From: Candidatus Nanoarchaeia archaeon
GTDB taxonomy: Archaea > Nanobdellota > Nanobdellia > Woesearchaeales > DATDTY01
Assembly: GCA_035290625.1 (NCBI GenBank)
Contig: DATDTY010000033.1
Location: 20,482 to 84,481, forward strand
DNA length: 64,000 nt
Direction of reading: 5' to 3'
The notes under the pieces are model-generated. The model was not told where the DNA came from. It made no database searches and was given only the letters and a program-made list of their open reading frames with translations. The number at the start of each line of letters is the position of its first letter. Position 1 is the stretch's first letter. The position numbers and the translations under genes are program-made. Below are positions 33,362-42,932 of this stretch, one piece after another.

Positions 33362-36064
33362 ATGGTTTTAAGAAAATTAACTAAAGAACAGGCGAAAGAA
33401 GAAGTTAAGAAATTAGTAGACAAATATGTCAGGATAGTTGAATCCGGCTCTATTAAAAGATACAAAGAAGAGGATACAAAAGCGGAGTTTATCGAGCCGT
33501 TATTTGAAGCGTTAGGTTGGGATGTCAGAAATACAGAAAATGATGATGAGGTAGTAAGAGAAGAAAAAATCTCAAAGGGCAGAGTAGATTACTCTTTTAG
33601 GATTAATGGAATACCTAAATTTTTCTTGGAAGCAAAAGCACTAAAAGAGGATTTAGACAATATCAAATTCGTGGAACAGGCAGTAAATTATTCCTGGCAC
33701 AAAGGCTGTACCTGGGCAGTCCTTACCGATTTTGAAGCTATCAAGATTTTTAATGCTGAATGGAAAAGCGCAAACCCTTTACAGGCACAATTCGGGCAAA
33801 CCTTGCCTTGTCAATTATTCTTAGAAAAATTTGATACTTTGTGGCTTTTATCAAGAGAAAGCTTTGAGAAGAAACTTCTTGATATTGAAGCAGAAAAATG
33901 GGGTAAAAAAATAAAAAAAACAGCTGTTGATAAACAGCTTTTAAGTGATTTGACAAGATTCAGGGATTTGCTAAACAAGAATATTCTAAAAAATAATTCT
34001 TCAAAGAATATTTCTGGCGATGAATTAGACGAAGCCGTCCAGCGCATAATTGACAGATTAATCTTCATCAGAACTCTTGAAGATAAAGAATTAGAAGCCC
34101 CCATGTTGCAGTCAGTCATCAGGGAGGATTTAAACAAAAGAATCTACAAAAAATTAAACCTCATTTTCAGAAAAATCGATGACATTTACAACAGCAAACT
34201 ATTTACTCCTCACTTATGCGAAGATTTGGACGTAGATGATGAGGTTTTATCAAAGATAATTGGTGGATTGTTTGCTACAACCGATAATACTGTGCGTTAT
34301 GACTTTTCTGCTATTGACGCTGATGTTTTAGGCAACATTTACGAGCAATATTTAGGGCATATTCTAAAGAAAACTGATAAAAGAGCCAAATTAGCAGAGG
34401 GGAAAGCACACAGAAAAGAACAGGGAATATATTATACTCCCACTTATGTAGTAGACTACATTGTTAAAAATACAGTTGGTGAATTAGCTAAAGACAAAAA
34501 ATTTGATTTAAAGAATGTCAAGATTTTAGACCCTGCCTGCGGCTCTGGCTCATTCTTAATGAAAGCATTTGATTATCTTGTCACTCTTGACAAAAAGAAG
34601 AATGGGGAAGTCGACCAGACAAAGCTTGATTTAACTGGGGCTGGCGCTTCATACGGGAGGAAAGTGGAGATATTGAAAAATAATATTTTTGGCGTCGATT
34701 TAGACCCTAAGGCTGTAGAGATAGCTCAGTTGAACTTACTATTGAAAGCAGCAGAGAAAAAACACAGACTGCCAACACTACAAGAGAATATTAAGGTAGG
34801 AAATTCATTAATTGATGATTCTGCTATTGCAGGGAATAGGGCTTTCAAATGGGAAGAACAATTTAAGGATATTATAGCTGATGGTGGGTTTGATGTGGTG
34901 ATTGGGAATCCGCCTTATGTCGAAGCAAGGCAAATAGGACAAAAGTATGTTGATTTTTATAGGGGAAATTTTAAAACCGCCGGTAATAGAATTAATACAT
35001 TCTCTCTATTTATTGAAAAATCAATTAGTTTGTTAAGTGAACATGGCTTATTCGGGATGATAGTGCATAAAAATAGCATACGTTCAAATGATTACATAAA
35101 ATTAAGACAATTTGTTTTGGATAATTGTAAAATATTAAAGATACTTCCAATAGGCGCAGGTGTTTTTGAAGGAGTAACTGGAGAAATGGTTATTCTAATA
35201 TTTCAGAAAGATAGCAATATGAAAGAAAGATTGAAGAATATTGTTTTTCACGGTGGAAAAGATTCAATGTCAAACAAGACTTCTTACCAAAAATTATCTC
35301 AAAGAATCTTTTATGAAATTCCTGGTAATAGATTTAATGTTTATCTAAATGAAACGAAAATAAAAATATTAGAAAAAATAAAAAGCGAGAGTATTGAGCT
35401 TAAAGAAATTGCTTATACTAAACAAGGGATAATTGTTGGAGACGAAGAAAAATATGTCAAAAAAACGAAAGAATCTGAAAAATATAAACCTGTTTTGCGT
35501 GGTAGGAATATATCTAGATATAATATAACCTTTGGCAATGAATATTTATTTTACGTACCAGGTACAGCAGTACTAAAAAGAGGAAAAACACCAGACTTAT
35601 TTGAGAAACCAGAGAAAATTTTGACACAACATGTTTCCGGGAGAATTATAGCCGCTCTGGATTGTGATGAGTATTATGCTTTGCAAACAATTAATCTTAT
35701 TTTCTCAAAGGGTAAAATTTCAAATAAATATCTCTTGGCACTACTCAACAGCAAATTAATTAATTTTTATTACGATAGCTATTTTAATATGGGTTCTGAG
35801 TTTACTACGGCAGTTGCAACAGAAAATTTAGATTTATTACCTATAAAACAAATTCCGGAAAAACAACAGCCCATTATTAAACTAGCAGATAAAATGATTT
35901 CTCTTAACAAAAATCTTAATGGATTAAAAGACAAGCAAACCGACGAAAAAGCCCGTCTTGAGAAAGAAATCCAGAAACTAGATTCTGAAATTGACGAAGA
36001 AGTTTACAAATTGTACGGCATAACAGAAGAAGAAAAGAAGATAATTGAGGAGAGCTTGAAATGA
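33362..36064 (+). CDS. Type IIG (MmeI/Eco57I-like) single-chain restriction-modification enzyme. N-terminal PD-(D/E)xK nuclease, central gamma-class N6-adenine methyltransferase, C-terminal target-recognition region.
   Basis: GRVDYSF ... FFLEAKAL nuclease motif. DPACGSGSFLM (motif I). VIGNPPYV (motif IV). 900 aa. About 33% GC, against roughly 50% in flanking genes. Confidence 0.75.
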   Translation: MVLRKLTKEQAKEEVKKLVDKYVRIVESGSIKRYKEEDTKAEFIEPLFEALGWDVRNTENDDEVVREEKISKGRVDYSFRINGIPKFFLEAKALKEDLDNIKFVEQAVNYSWHKGCTWAVLTDFEAIKIFNAEWKSANPLQAQFGQTLPCQLFLEKFDTLWLLSRESFEKKLLDIEAEKWGKKIKKTAVDKQLLSDLTRFRDLLNKNILKNNSSKNISGDELDEAVQRIIDRLIFIRTLEDKELEAPMLQSVIREDLNKRIYKKLNLIFRKIDDIYNSKLFTPHLCEDLDVDDEVLSKIIGGLFATTDNTVRYDFSAIDADVLGNIYEQYLGHILKKTDKRAKLAEGKAHRKEQGIYYTPTYVVDYIVKNTVGELAKDKKFDLKNVKILDPACGSGSFLMKAFDYLVTLDKKKNGEVDQTKLDLTGAGASYGRKVEILKNNIFGVDLDPKAVEIAQLNLLLKAAEKKHRLPTLQENIKVGNSLIDDSAIAGNRAFKWEEQFKDIIADGGFDVVIGNPPYVEARQIGQKYVDFYRGNFKTAGNRINTFSLFIEKSISLLSEHGLFGMIVHKNSIRSNDYIKLRQFVLDNCKILKILPIGAGVFEGVTGEMVILIFQKDSNMKERLKNIVFHGGKDSMSNKTSYQKLSQRIFYEIPGNRFNVYLNETKIKILEKIKSESIELKEIAYTKQGIIVGDEEKYVKKTKESEKYKPVLRGRNISRYNITFGNEYLFYVPGTAVLKRGKTPDLFEKPEKILTQHVSGRIIAALDCDEYYALQTINLIFSKGKISNKYLLALLNSKLINFYYDSYFNMGSEFTTAVATENLDLLPIKQIPEKQQPIIKLADKMISLNKNLNGLKDKQTDEKARLEKEIQKLDSEIDEEVYKLYGITEEEKKIIEESLK

Positions 36065-36921
36065 CTGAAAAAGATAAAGCTCTCGTTGTCTTCCAAGACA
36101 GGAAAATAAGGAGAGTATGGCATCAAAACCTGTGGTTTTTTTCAGTAATTGATATTGTAGCTATTTTGACGGAACAAGAAGACCCGTATACTGCAAGAAA
36201 ATACTGGAATAAGCTGAGCCAACGGCTAAGAGAAGAGGGAAGCGAAGTGGTGACAAATTGTCACCGGTTGAAACTTCCGGCAGAAGATGGAAAGCTAAGA
36301 GAAACCGATTGCGCTAATACTGAAAGCATATTTAGGATTATCCAATCAATTCCATCAAGGAACGCAGAACCATTCAAAAGATGGCTTGCTAAAGTTGGGT
36401 ATGAGCGTGTGCAGGAAATAGAAAACCCTGAACTAGCGCAGGAGCGCATGAAAGAGCTTTATGAGCAGAAAGGATATTCAAAATCATGGATTGACAAACG
36501 GCTGAGAGGAGTAGCAGTAAGACAAGATCTCACTGATGAATGGAAGAAGAGAGGAATTGAAAGCCAAGACGATTTTTCAATACTCACTGCGGAAATATCA
36601 AAAGCCACTTTCGGCATGACTCCAAGTGAATACAAAAAATTCAAAGGGCTTACAAAGGAAAACCTAAGAGACCATATGAGGGATTTAGAACTCATATTTA
36701 CCATGCTAGGAGAAGCATCAACTGCGGAGATTGAACGCATAAAAGACCCTGTTAAGTTCGCTGAGCACAAAAAAGCATCTAAGGAAGGTGGGAATGTAGC
36801 GAAAAAAGCAAGACTCGAGCTAGAAAAAAAGACGAAAAGCCCGGTTGCGAGCAGAGAAAATTACCTTGAAGAGCCTGAAAAAGAAAAGCGAAAAAGGCTA
36901 CCTGAACCTGAAAAGGATTGA
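36061..36921 (+). CDS. Bro-N-like N-terminal domain plus DinD-like (DNA-damage-inducible protein D family) C-terminal domain; paralog 1
   Basis: ALVVFQDRKIRRVWHQNLWFFSVIDIVAIL (Bro-N / KilA-N-like). KGLTKENLRDHMRDLELIFTMLGE resembles E. coli DinD KGLKKNQKILDHMGSTEL. ATGA overlap with the RM stop. Confidence 0.5.
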   Translation: MTEKDKALVVFQDRKIRRVWHQNLWFFSVIDIVAILTEQEDPYTARKYWNKLSQRLREEGSEVVTNCHRLKLPAEDGKLRETDCANTESIFRIIQSIPSRNAEPFKRWLAKVGYERVQEIENPELAQERMKELYEQKGYSKSWIDKRLRGVAVRQDLTDEWKKRGIESQDDFSILTAEISKATFGMTPSEYKKFKGLTKENLRDHMRDLELIFTMLGEASTAEIERIKDPVKFAEHKKASKEGGNVAKKARLELEKKTKSPVASRENYLEEPEKEKRKRLPEPEKD

Positions 36922-36931
36922 TGATAAGATA

Positions 36932-37003
36932 GGTGAGAAAGTCCACAAGCTCTACGGCATAACTGATGAAGAAAAGAAGCTTATTGAGGATTCATTAAAA
37001 TGA
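36932..37003 (+). pseudogene. Relic 3' fragment (24 codons, GEKVHKLYGITDEEKKLIEDSLK*) of a second RM gene. About 75% nt identity to 35992..36063. Preceded by in-frame stops.
   Basis: Direct comparison: gtccacaagctctacggcataactgatgaagaaaagaagcttattgaggattcattaaaatga versus gtttacaaattgtacggcataacagaagaagaaaagaagataattgaggagagcttgaaatga. The same ATGA stop/start overlap with the downstream gene is present. Confidence 0.6.
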
Positions 37004-37245
37004 CTCAAAAAACACTTGACGGAAAAGACGTTGAAGAGCCAAGTATTTGGTCAGATGGCTCTTTTGCTGAAACTCTTGGTCCGTCAGATATGAAAGTAAA
37101 GATGCGTACTTTTCATATGAAACACGATGAGGAAATGGATTTCAACTGCTCAAATTGCAAGGTTAAAATTTCAGCTCATAACAAGGACTGGCACAATGGA
37201 ATGTGTGATAAGTGTTTCAATAAGGAGTTTTTCCCAGAGGATTAA
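37000..37245 (+). CDS. Small Cys-rich (zinc-ribbon-like) protein, 81 aa
   Basis: CSNCKV ... CDKC motif. Confidence 0.4.
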   Translation: MTQKTLDGKDVEEPSIWSDGSFAETLGPSDMKVKMRTFHMKHDEEMDFNCSNCKVKISAHNKDWHNGMCDKCFNKEFFPED

Positions 37246-37247
37246 AA

Positions 37248-38099
37248 ATGGACAAAGACAAGGCTCTCGTAGCATTTCAGGATAAGAAAATCAGGAGGAT
37301 TTGGTACAATCAGGAATGGTTTTACTCGGTTATTGGCATCGTTGAAGTTCTTACAGACAGCCCAACTCCTAGGCAGTATTGGGGAAAAGTCAAAGACAGA
37401 GAATTCATAGCTCTTGAACTGTCCCCAATTTGGGTACAGTTGAAATTGGCAGCAGAAGATGGCAAATTGCGGTTTACGGACTGTGTTAACACCAAAAATG
37501 CCTTTAGGCTAATTCAATCCATTCCTTCAAAGAAAGCAGAGCCTTTCAAACAATGGCTTGCGCAATTGGCTCAAGAGCGCATTGAGGAGATAGAAAATCC
37601 TGAATTAGCCCAAGATAGGGTGAAAGAATACTATGAACTCAAAGGTTATCCGAAGGATTGGATAGACAAGCGTCTGAGAGGCATTGCCATACGGCAGGAA
37701 TTGACTGATGAATGGAAAGATCGAGGCGTCACAGAAGAAACAAATTTTGCAATCCTCACAAACGAGATAAGCAAAGCAACTTTTGGAAAGACTGTTCAGG
37801 AATACAAGGAACTCAAAGGCCTTAAGAAAAAGAATCAAAACCTCAGAGACCACATGACAGATTGGGAACTCATATTCAATATGCTGGGAGAAAAGGCCAC
37901 AACCGACATCACAAGGACAAGAGACGCACAAGGATTTGAGGAAAATAAGCAAGCTGCGAGAAGAGGAGGCCAAATAGCCCATAATGCGAGAAAAGAACTG
38001 GAACAAGAAACAGGCAAATCCGTGATCTCAAAAGATAATTTTCTAAGCCTTACTGAACAGAAAAAGCTCGAAAACAAGAAGAAAAACGACAAGAAATAG
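37248..38099 (+). CDS. Bro-N-like plus DinD-like protein; paralog 2
   Basis: ALVAFQDKKIRRIWYNQEWFYSVIGIVEVL. KGLKKKNQNLRDHMTDWELIFNMLGE. Roughly 55% identical to paralog 1 over the aligned regions I compared by eye. Confidence 0.5.
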   Translation: MDKDKALVAFQDKKIRRIWYNQEWFYSVIGIVEVLTDSPTPRQYWGKVKDREFIALELSPIWVQLKLAAEDGKLRFTDCVNTKNAFRLIQSIPSKKAEPFKQWLAQLAQERIEEIENPELAQDRVKEYYELKGYPKDWIDKRLRGIAIRQELTDEWKDRGVTEETNFAILTNEISKATFGKTVQEYKELKGLKKKNQNLRDHMTDWELIFNMLGEKATTDITRTRDAQGFEENKQAARRGGQIAHNARKELEQETGKSVISKDNFLSLTEQKKLENKKKNDKK

Positions 38100-38197
38100 T
38101 ATTTATAAAGAAAACCGCCGATTTTTTAACATCCGCTACTTCACATCTACAGGTTGAACAATAGATTTTTCCCACAATCTTTATAAATACTTAACAA

Positions 38198-38593
38198 TTG
38201 TTAACCTTTATGAAACAACGCCTCCTGATGCCGGAAGATATTGAAGTGTTTTACATTATTCCAACCCTAAAAAAGCAGCTCGCAGTCTGCTGGAAATCGC
38301 AGGGAAAGAGCCAGGCAGAGATTGCAAGGCTCCTTGGGCTGAAAAGCGCAGCAGTCTCGCAGTACATCAACAACAAGAGAGGGAACCAGATCGTCTTTGA
38401 AGAAGGCCTGCTGGAGGAGATCCGTAAATCCTCAGCCCTGATCAAGGACAGAATCACCCTATTTCGGGAGATGCAGAGACTCCTCAATACAATCCGCACC
38501 TCAAAATATCTCTGCCAGATCCACAGGCAGTTCTCTGACATACCGGAGCACTGCAATCCAAAAGACGCAGGATGTGCACTTTACCTCAGGTAA
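38198..38593 (+). CDS. HTH transcriptional regulator with a C-terminal Cys/His cluster (CQIHRQ ... HCNPKDAGC), upstream of the suf operon. Possible metal- or Fe-S-sensing regulator.
   Basis: SQAEIARLLGLKSAAVSQYINNKRG is an HTH motif. Position and overlap with sufB. Confidence 0.45.
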   Translation: MLTFMKQRLLMPEDIEVFYIIPTLKKQLAVCWKSQGKSQAEIARLLGLKSAAVSQYINNKRGNQIVFEEGLLEEIRKSSALIKDRITLFREMQRLLNTIRTSKYLCQIHRQFSDIPEHCNPKDAGCALYLR

Positions 38594-40017
38594 CCATGGA
38601 AGCAACTATCCCTCCGGAGCCGATGCAGACATTTGCCATAGATCGATCCCTGTATGACAATGCGAATGAAGGCACGACAGAGTTCCAGGCAGAGCCTGGG
38701 CTTTCGGAATCGGTTGTCCGGAAGATATCGAAGGAAAAAAATGAGCCGGAATGGATGCTCAAGCTGCGGTTGCAGGCTTTAAAGTCCTTCAATGCCACTC
38801 CTATCCCGGCCTGGGGGCCTGATCTCAGCAAACTTGACCTGAGCAAGATCATCTACTATGTTAAGCCTGGAGCCAAAAAGAATTCAAGGTCATGGGAAGA
38901 GGTTCCTGAGAAGATTAGGAGAACATTTGAGAAGATCGGAATTCCAGAGGCTGAGCGCAGGGCGCTTTCGGGAGCAGGAGCGCAATATGATTCAGAGATC
39001 ATCTATCACAACCTCAAGAAGGAGTGGGAGGAGAAGGGCGTTATTTTCGAGAATATGGATGTTGCTGTGCATACACACCCTGACCTTGTGAGGAAGTACT
39101 TCATGAAATGCATCCCTCCGGATGACCATAAGTTCATTATGCTCCATGCAGCGGTATGGAGCGGAGGCACATTCATCTATGTTCCCCCTCATGTCAAGGT
39201 AGATGTTCCGCTCCAGGCGTATTTCCGGATGAATGCAGAGGCCGGCGGGCAGTTTGAGCATACGCTGATCATCGCTGATACCGGGGCTGAGGTCCATTAT
39301 ATCGAGGGCTGCAGTGCACCTCAATTTGATGCGAAAGCACTTCATGCAGGCTGCGTTGAGCTCTTTGTGATGGAAGGGGCCAGAATCAGGTATTCCAGCG
39401 TTGAGAATTGGAGCAAGAATACCTATAACCTCAATACCAAACGCGCGATTGTTGAGAGCAACGGCATTGTTGAATGGATCAATGGGAATTTAGGATCGGG
39501 GTGTACGATGCTCTATCCCTGTTCTATCCTGAAGGGCGATGGAGCGGCCTCAGACTCCCTTGGCATAGCGTTTGCAGGCCCGGGGCAGAACCAGGATACC
39601 GGGTCGAAGGTGATTCATCTCGGAAGGAACACCCATTCCACCATTAGGGCAAAATCAATCTCCAAAGGCGGCGGCATTTCAAGCTACAGGGGATATCTGA
39701 GGGTTGCAAAGACAGCCGAGAATTCAAAGTCCAGTGTTGTGTGTGATGCTCTGCTGATTGACAAGGAATCAACTTCAAATACCTACCCTTTCATGAAAAT
39801 TGATACCAACAAGGTAGACATCGCCCATGAGGCAACTGTTGGGAAGATTGGAGAGGACGAGATCTTCTACCTCATGAGCAGAGGGTTGTCTGAAGAGCAG
39901 GCAATGCAGATGATAGTTTCCGGATTTATCGAGCCAATTGTCAAGCAGCTGCCTCTTGAATACGCAGTTGAGCTGAACAAGCTGATTGCATTGGAGATGG
40001 AAGGGTCTGTAGGGTAG
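38572..40017 (+). CDS. sufB: Fe-S cluster assembly protein SufB
   Basis: Length and conserved SufB core (GGTFIYVPP, HYIEGCSAPQ). Confidence 0.85.
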   Translation: MCTLPQVTMEATIPPEPMQTFAIDRSLYDNANEGTTEFQAEPGLSESVVRKISKEKNEPEWMLKLRLQALKSFNATPIPAWGPDLSKLDLSKIIYYVKPGAKKNSRSWEEVPEKIRRTFEKIGIPEAERRALSGAGAQYDSEIIYHNLKKEWEEKGVIFENMDVAVHTHPDLVRKYFMKCIPPDDHKFIMLHAAVWSGGTFIYVPPHVKVDVPLQAYFRMNAEAGGQFEHTLIIADTGAEVHYIEGCSAPQFDAKALHAGCVELFVMEGARIRYSSVENWSKNTYNLNTKRAIVESNGIVEWINGNLGSGCTMLYPCSILKGDGAASDSLGIAFAGPGQNQDTGSKVIHLGRNTHSTIRAKSISKGGGISSYRGYLRVAKTAENSKSSVVCDALLIDKESTSNTYPFMKIDTNKVDIAHEATVGKIGEDEIFYLMSRGLSEEQAMQMIVSGFIEPIVKQLPLEYAVELNKLIALEMEGSVG

Positions 40018-41184
40018 ATGGGGGTCTTGGCTGGCATGAAAGATATAGTGAGAAACATCGCAAAAAATGAACCTGAATGGCTTGTTGCAAAGAGGCTCCA
40101 GGCTCTTGAACTCTATCAAAAGCAGGAGATGCCTCGCTTCGTCTACGGCATCGGGATTTTTGCTTCTGCGATTGATTTCTCCTCAGCCCTCAGCAGTATC
40201 CACCCTGCTCCCGATGACGAGATCATGCATGATCCTTCCATCAAGGTCCTGTCTCTTGCTGAGGCTTCACGAACGTATCCTGAGGCCAAGGGCATGCTTG
40301 CAGATCCAACAACTGGCAAGTTCGCAAGCCTTCACCAGGCATTCTTCAATAACTCTTTGGTCATTATTGCTCCAAAACATGTATGCGGGACGGTCAAGAT
40401 ACACACCATCTTACGCCAGACCCGGGTTGATAATATCCTTGTCATTGCTGAAGAAGGGAGCACACTTGTTATCACGATGACAGAAACTGCGGACTCGATT
40501 CAAGGGAAGATGTTCCAGTCGCAGCAAGTCCAGATTTTGGCAAAAGAAAAATCAACAGTCACCTTTATCTCAAGCCAGGACCACAACGAGGAGACCTATC
40601 ATTTCTCCAACCGATACGCATCTCTTGGCAAAGATGCAGCCCTGACCTGGGTTGACCTTACCCTTGGATCACGCTTTTCCCAAGTGAATACCACAACGAC
40701 TCTCGATGCAGAGGGCGCTTCCTGCAAGAACTGGGGGGCTTGCTTTGGCTCCAATATGCAGCAATTTGATATTCATGCTTCGGCAATCCATAACGCTTCG
40801 CATTCTTCCTCAGACATGCTCCTCAAGGCGGTACTGGACAAGCAAGCAAAGACAATCTATCGGGGCCTGATCAGGATTCCTCTTGGCTCTTCTGGCTGCA
40901 ACGGTTATCAGAAAGATGATACCTTGCTCCTCTCGGACAAGGCAGAAGCGGACACTCTACCCGACCTTGAGATCAGCAACAATGAAGTGAGATGCTCTCA
41001 TGGAGCAACAATCAGCAATCTCAACCCTGAGCAGCTTTTCTACATGACCAGCAGAGGCATGGATGAGGCAGCAGCAAAACAGATGCTGATCGAGGGCTTT
41101 CTTGAGCCCATCATCTCCAAGCTTAAGGATGAGCGAATGGAGAATCAGCTGAGGCAGGCAATTATCCAGAAGATGGCAACATAA
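40018..41184 (+). CDS. sufD: Fe-S cluster assembly protein SufD
   Basis: SufBD-fold paralog directly downstream of sufB. Confidence 0.75.
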   Translation: MGVLAGMKDIVRNIAKNEPEWLVAKRLQALELYQKQEMPRFVYGIGIFASAIDFSSALSSIHPAPDDEIMHDPSIKVLSLAEASRTYPEAKGMLADPTTGKFASLHQAFFNNSLVIIAPKHVCGTVKIHTILRQTRVDNILVIAEEGSTLVITMTETADSIQGKMFQSQQVQILAKEKSTVTFISSQDHNEETYHFSNRYASLGKDAALTWVDLTLGSRFSQVNTTTTLDAEGASCKNWGACFGSNMQQFDIHASAIHNASHSSSDMLLKAVLDKQAKTIYRGLIRIPLGSSGCNGYQKDDTLLLSDKAEADTLPDLEISNNEVRCSHGATISNLNPEQLFYMTSRGMDEAAAKQMLIEGFLEPIISKLKDERMENQLRQAIIQKMAT

Positions 41185-41215
41185 CCCCAAAACATACTCA
41201 AAACATACATCAACT

Positions 41216-42439
41216 ATGGAAGCATTCAATGCAGAAAAAATAAGGAAGGATTTCCCGCTTCTTCGCAAGGGAATTGTCTATTTAGACAATGCCGCAACCA
41301 CACAAAAGCCCCTTCAGGTGATCAATGCGATCAGCGAGTACTATACCGAGTATAATGCGAACATCCACAGGGGCGTCTATGCAATCAGCGTGAGGAGCAC
41401 TACAGCTTACGAAGAAGCACATCAAAAAGCTGCAAACTTCATCAATGCTTCTATCGAGGAGGTTATCTTCACACCGGGAACAACCGGATCCTTAAACATG
41501 CTTGCATATACTCTAGTTCCGACCCTGAAGCCTGGGGATGAGATCGTTTTGACAGAGATGGAGCACCACAGCAATCTTGTCCCTTGGCAGCAGCTTGCAA
41601 AAGAAAGAGGGCTTGCTGTCAGATTTATCCCTCTTGCAAAGGATATGACCCTTGACATGGCCAAGGCAGAGAAGCTCATCACCGATAAAACAAGGATTGT
41701 TTCTGTGACGCATATGTCCAATGCTCTTGGAACCATTACGCCTATTCAGGAAATTGCAGAGCTCTGCCGCCGGCATGGCGCATTGCTTGTTGTAGACGGA
41801 GCCCAGAGCATCCCTCACATGAAGATTGATGTGAAAGCACTCAACTGCGATTTTTTTGCTTTTTCAGCCCATAAGCTCTTTGGGCCAACAGGCCTTGGCG
41901 TGCTCTATGGAAAGAAAGAGCATCTCAAGAACATGAAGCCGTTCCTGTATGGAGGGGATATGATCCGGGAAGTGAGATTTGAGGATTCCACATGGAATGA
42001 TCTGCCCTGGAAGTTTGAGGCCGGAACTCCGGATATTTCCGGAGCAATCGGGTTTGCTGCTAGCCTGGACTACATCTCCAGAATAGGGATGGAGCACATT
42101 CATTCCTATGAAAGCGAACTGCTGGACTACTGCCTTACTGAGCTTCGGAAGATTGAGGGAATCACCCTCTATGGCCCAGGATCTTATGGCCCAGGATCTG
42201 GAAAGCAGGGCCCCATTATCTCCTTCAACCTTGACGGCATTCATGCCCATGATGTTGCGACAATCCTTGATCGGGAACATATTGCAATCCGGGGCGGCCA
42301 CCACTGCGCGATGCCACTGATGAAAAAGCTTGGAATTTCCGGAACTTCCAGGATAAGCCTTGCGTTCTACAACACCAAGGAAGACATCGATAGGGCAGTT
42401 CGTGCATTGCGAAGAGCGAGAGAGGTCTTTTCCCGATGA
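41216..42439 (+). CDS. sufS: Cysteine desulfurase, SufS type (class V aminotransferase)
   Basis: HRGVYAIS ... SAHKLFGPTGLGVLYGK ... RGGHHCA motifs. Confidence 0.85.
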   Translation: MEAFNAEKIRKDFPLLRKGIVYLDNAATTQKPLQVINAISEYYTEYNANIHRGVYAISVRSTTAYEEAHQKAANFINASIEEVIFTPGTTGSLNMLAYTLVPTLKPGDEIVLTEMEHHSNLVPWQQLAKERGLAVRFIPLAKDMTLDMAKAEKLITDKTRIVSVTHMSNALGTITPIQEIAELCRRHGALLVVDGAQSIPHMKIDVKALNCDFFAFSAHKLFGPTGLGVLYGKKEHLKNMKPFLYGGDMIREVRFEDSTWNDLPWKFEAGTPDISGAIGFAASLDYISRIGMEHIHSYESELLDYCLTELRKIEGITLYGPGSYGPGSGKQGPIISFNLDGIHAHDVATILDREHIAIRGGHHCAMPLMKKLGISGTSRISLAFYNTKEDIDRAVRALRRAREVFSR

Positions 42440-42858
42440 ACCGCCAGCTTGAAGATACTCGAGAAGACGAAATTAAGCAAGAAGACGAGATCTACCGGGA
42501 GAACATCCTTGATCACTACCGGAATCCCCATAACAGCAGGATCTTGAAGGATCCGGACATCAGCCGCATTGAATTCAATCCCTTATGCGGAGACCAGATC
42601 CACTTATTCCTGAAGATCCAAAACGGCTCTATCCGTGATGCAGCGTTCCAGGGTATTGGCTGTGCGATAAGCCAGGCATCAGCGTCGATGCTTACTGACA
42701 GAGTCAAGGGCATGCCTTTGGACCAGGCAAAACGCATGGGAAGGGAGGATATTGTGAGTATGCTGGCGATACCCATCAGCGCTGTCAGGATGAAGTGCGC
42801 ATCGCTCTCGTTAAAGGCGCTTCACAACGGGATTGAGGAATGGGAGAACAAGAAATAG
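42436..42858 (+). CDS. sufU: SufU / NifU-like Fe-S scaffold or sulfur-transfer protein
   Basis: NPLCGDQIHLFLKI ... GIGCAISQAS motifs. Confidence 0.75.
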   Translation: MNRQLEDTREDEIKQEDEIYRENILDHYRNPHNSRILKDPDISRIEFNPLCGDQIHLFLKIQNGSIRDAAFQGIGCAISQASASMLTDRVKGMPLDQAKRMGREDIVSMLAIPISAVRMKCASLSLKALHNGIEEWENKK

Positions 42859-42932
42859 AAGATTAAGAAATTGGATAATAAACAACGGGAGAATAACCAT
42901 GGAGCTTGAAATTAAACAACGGGAGAATCATC

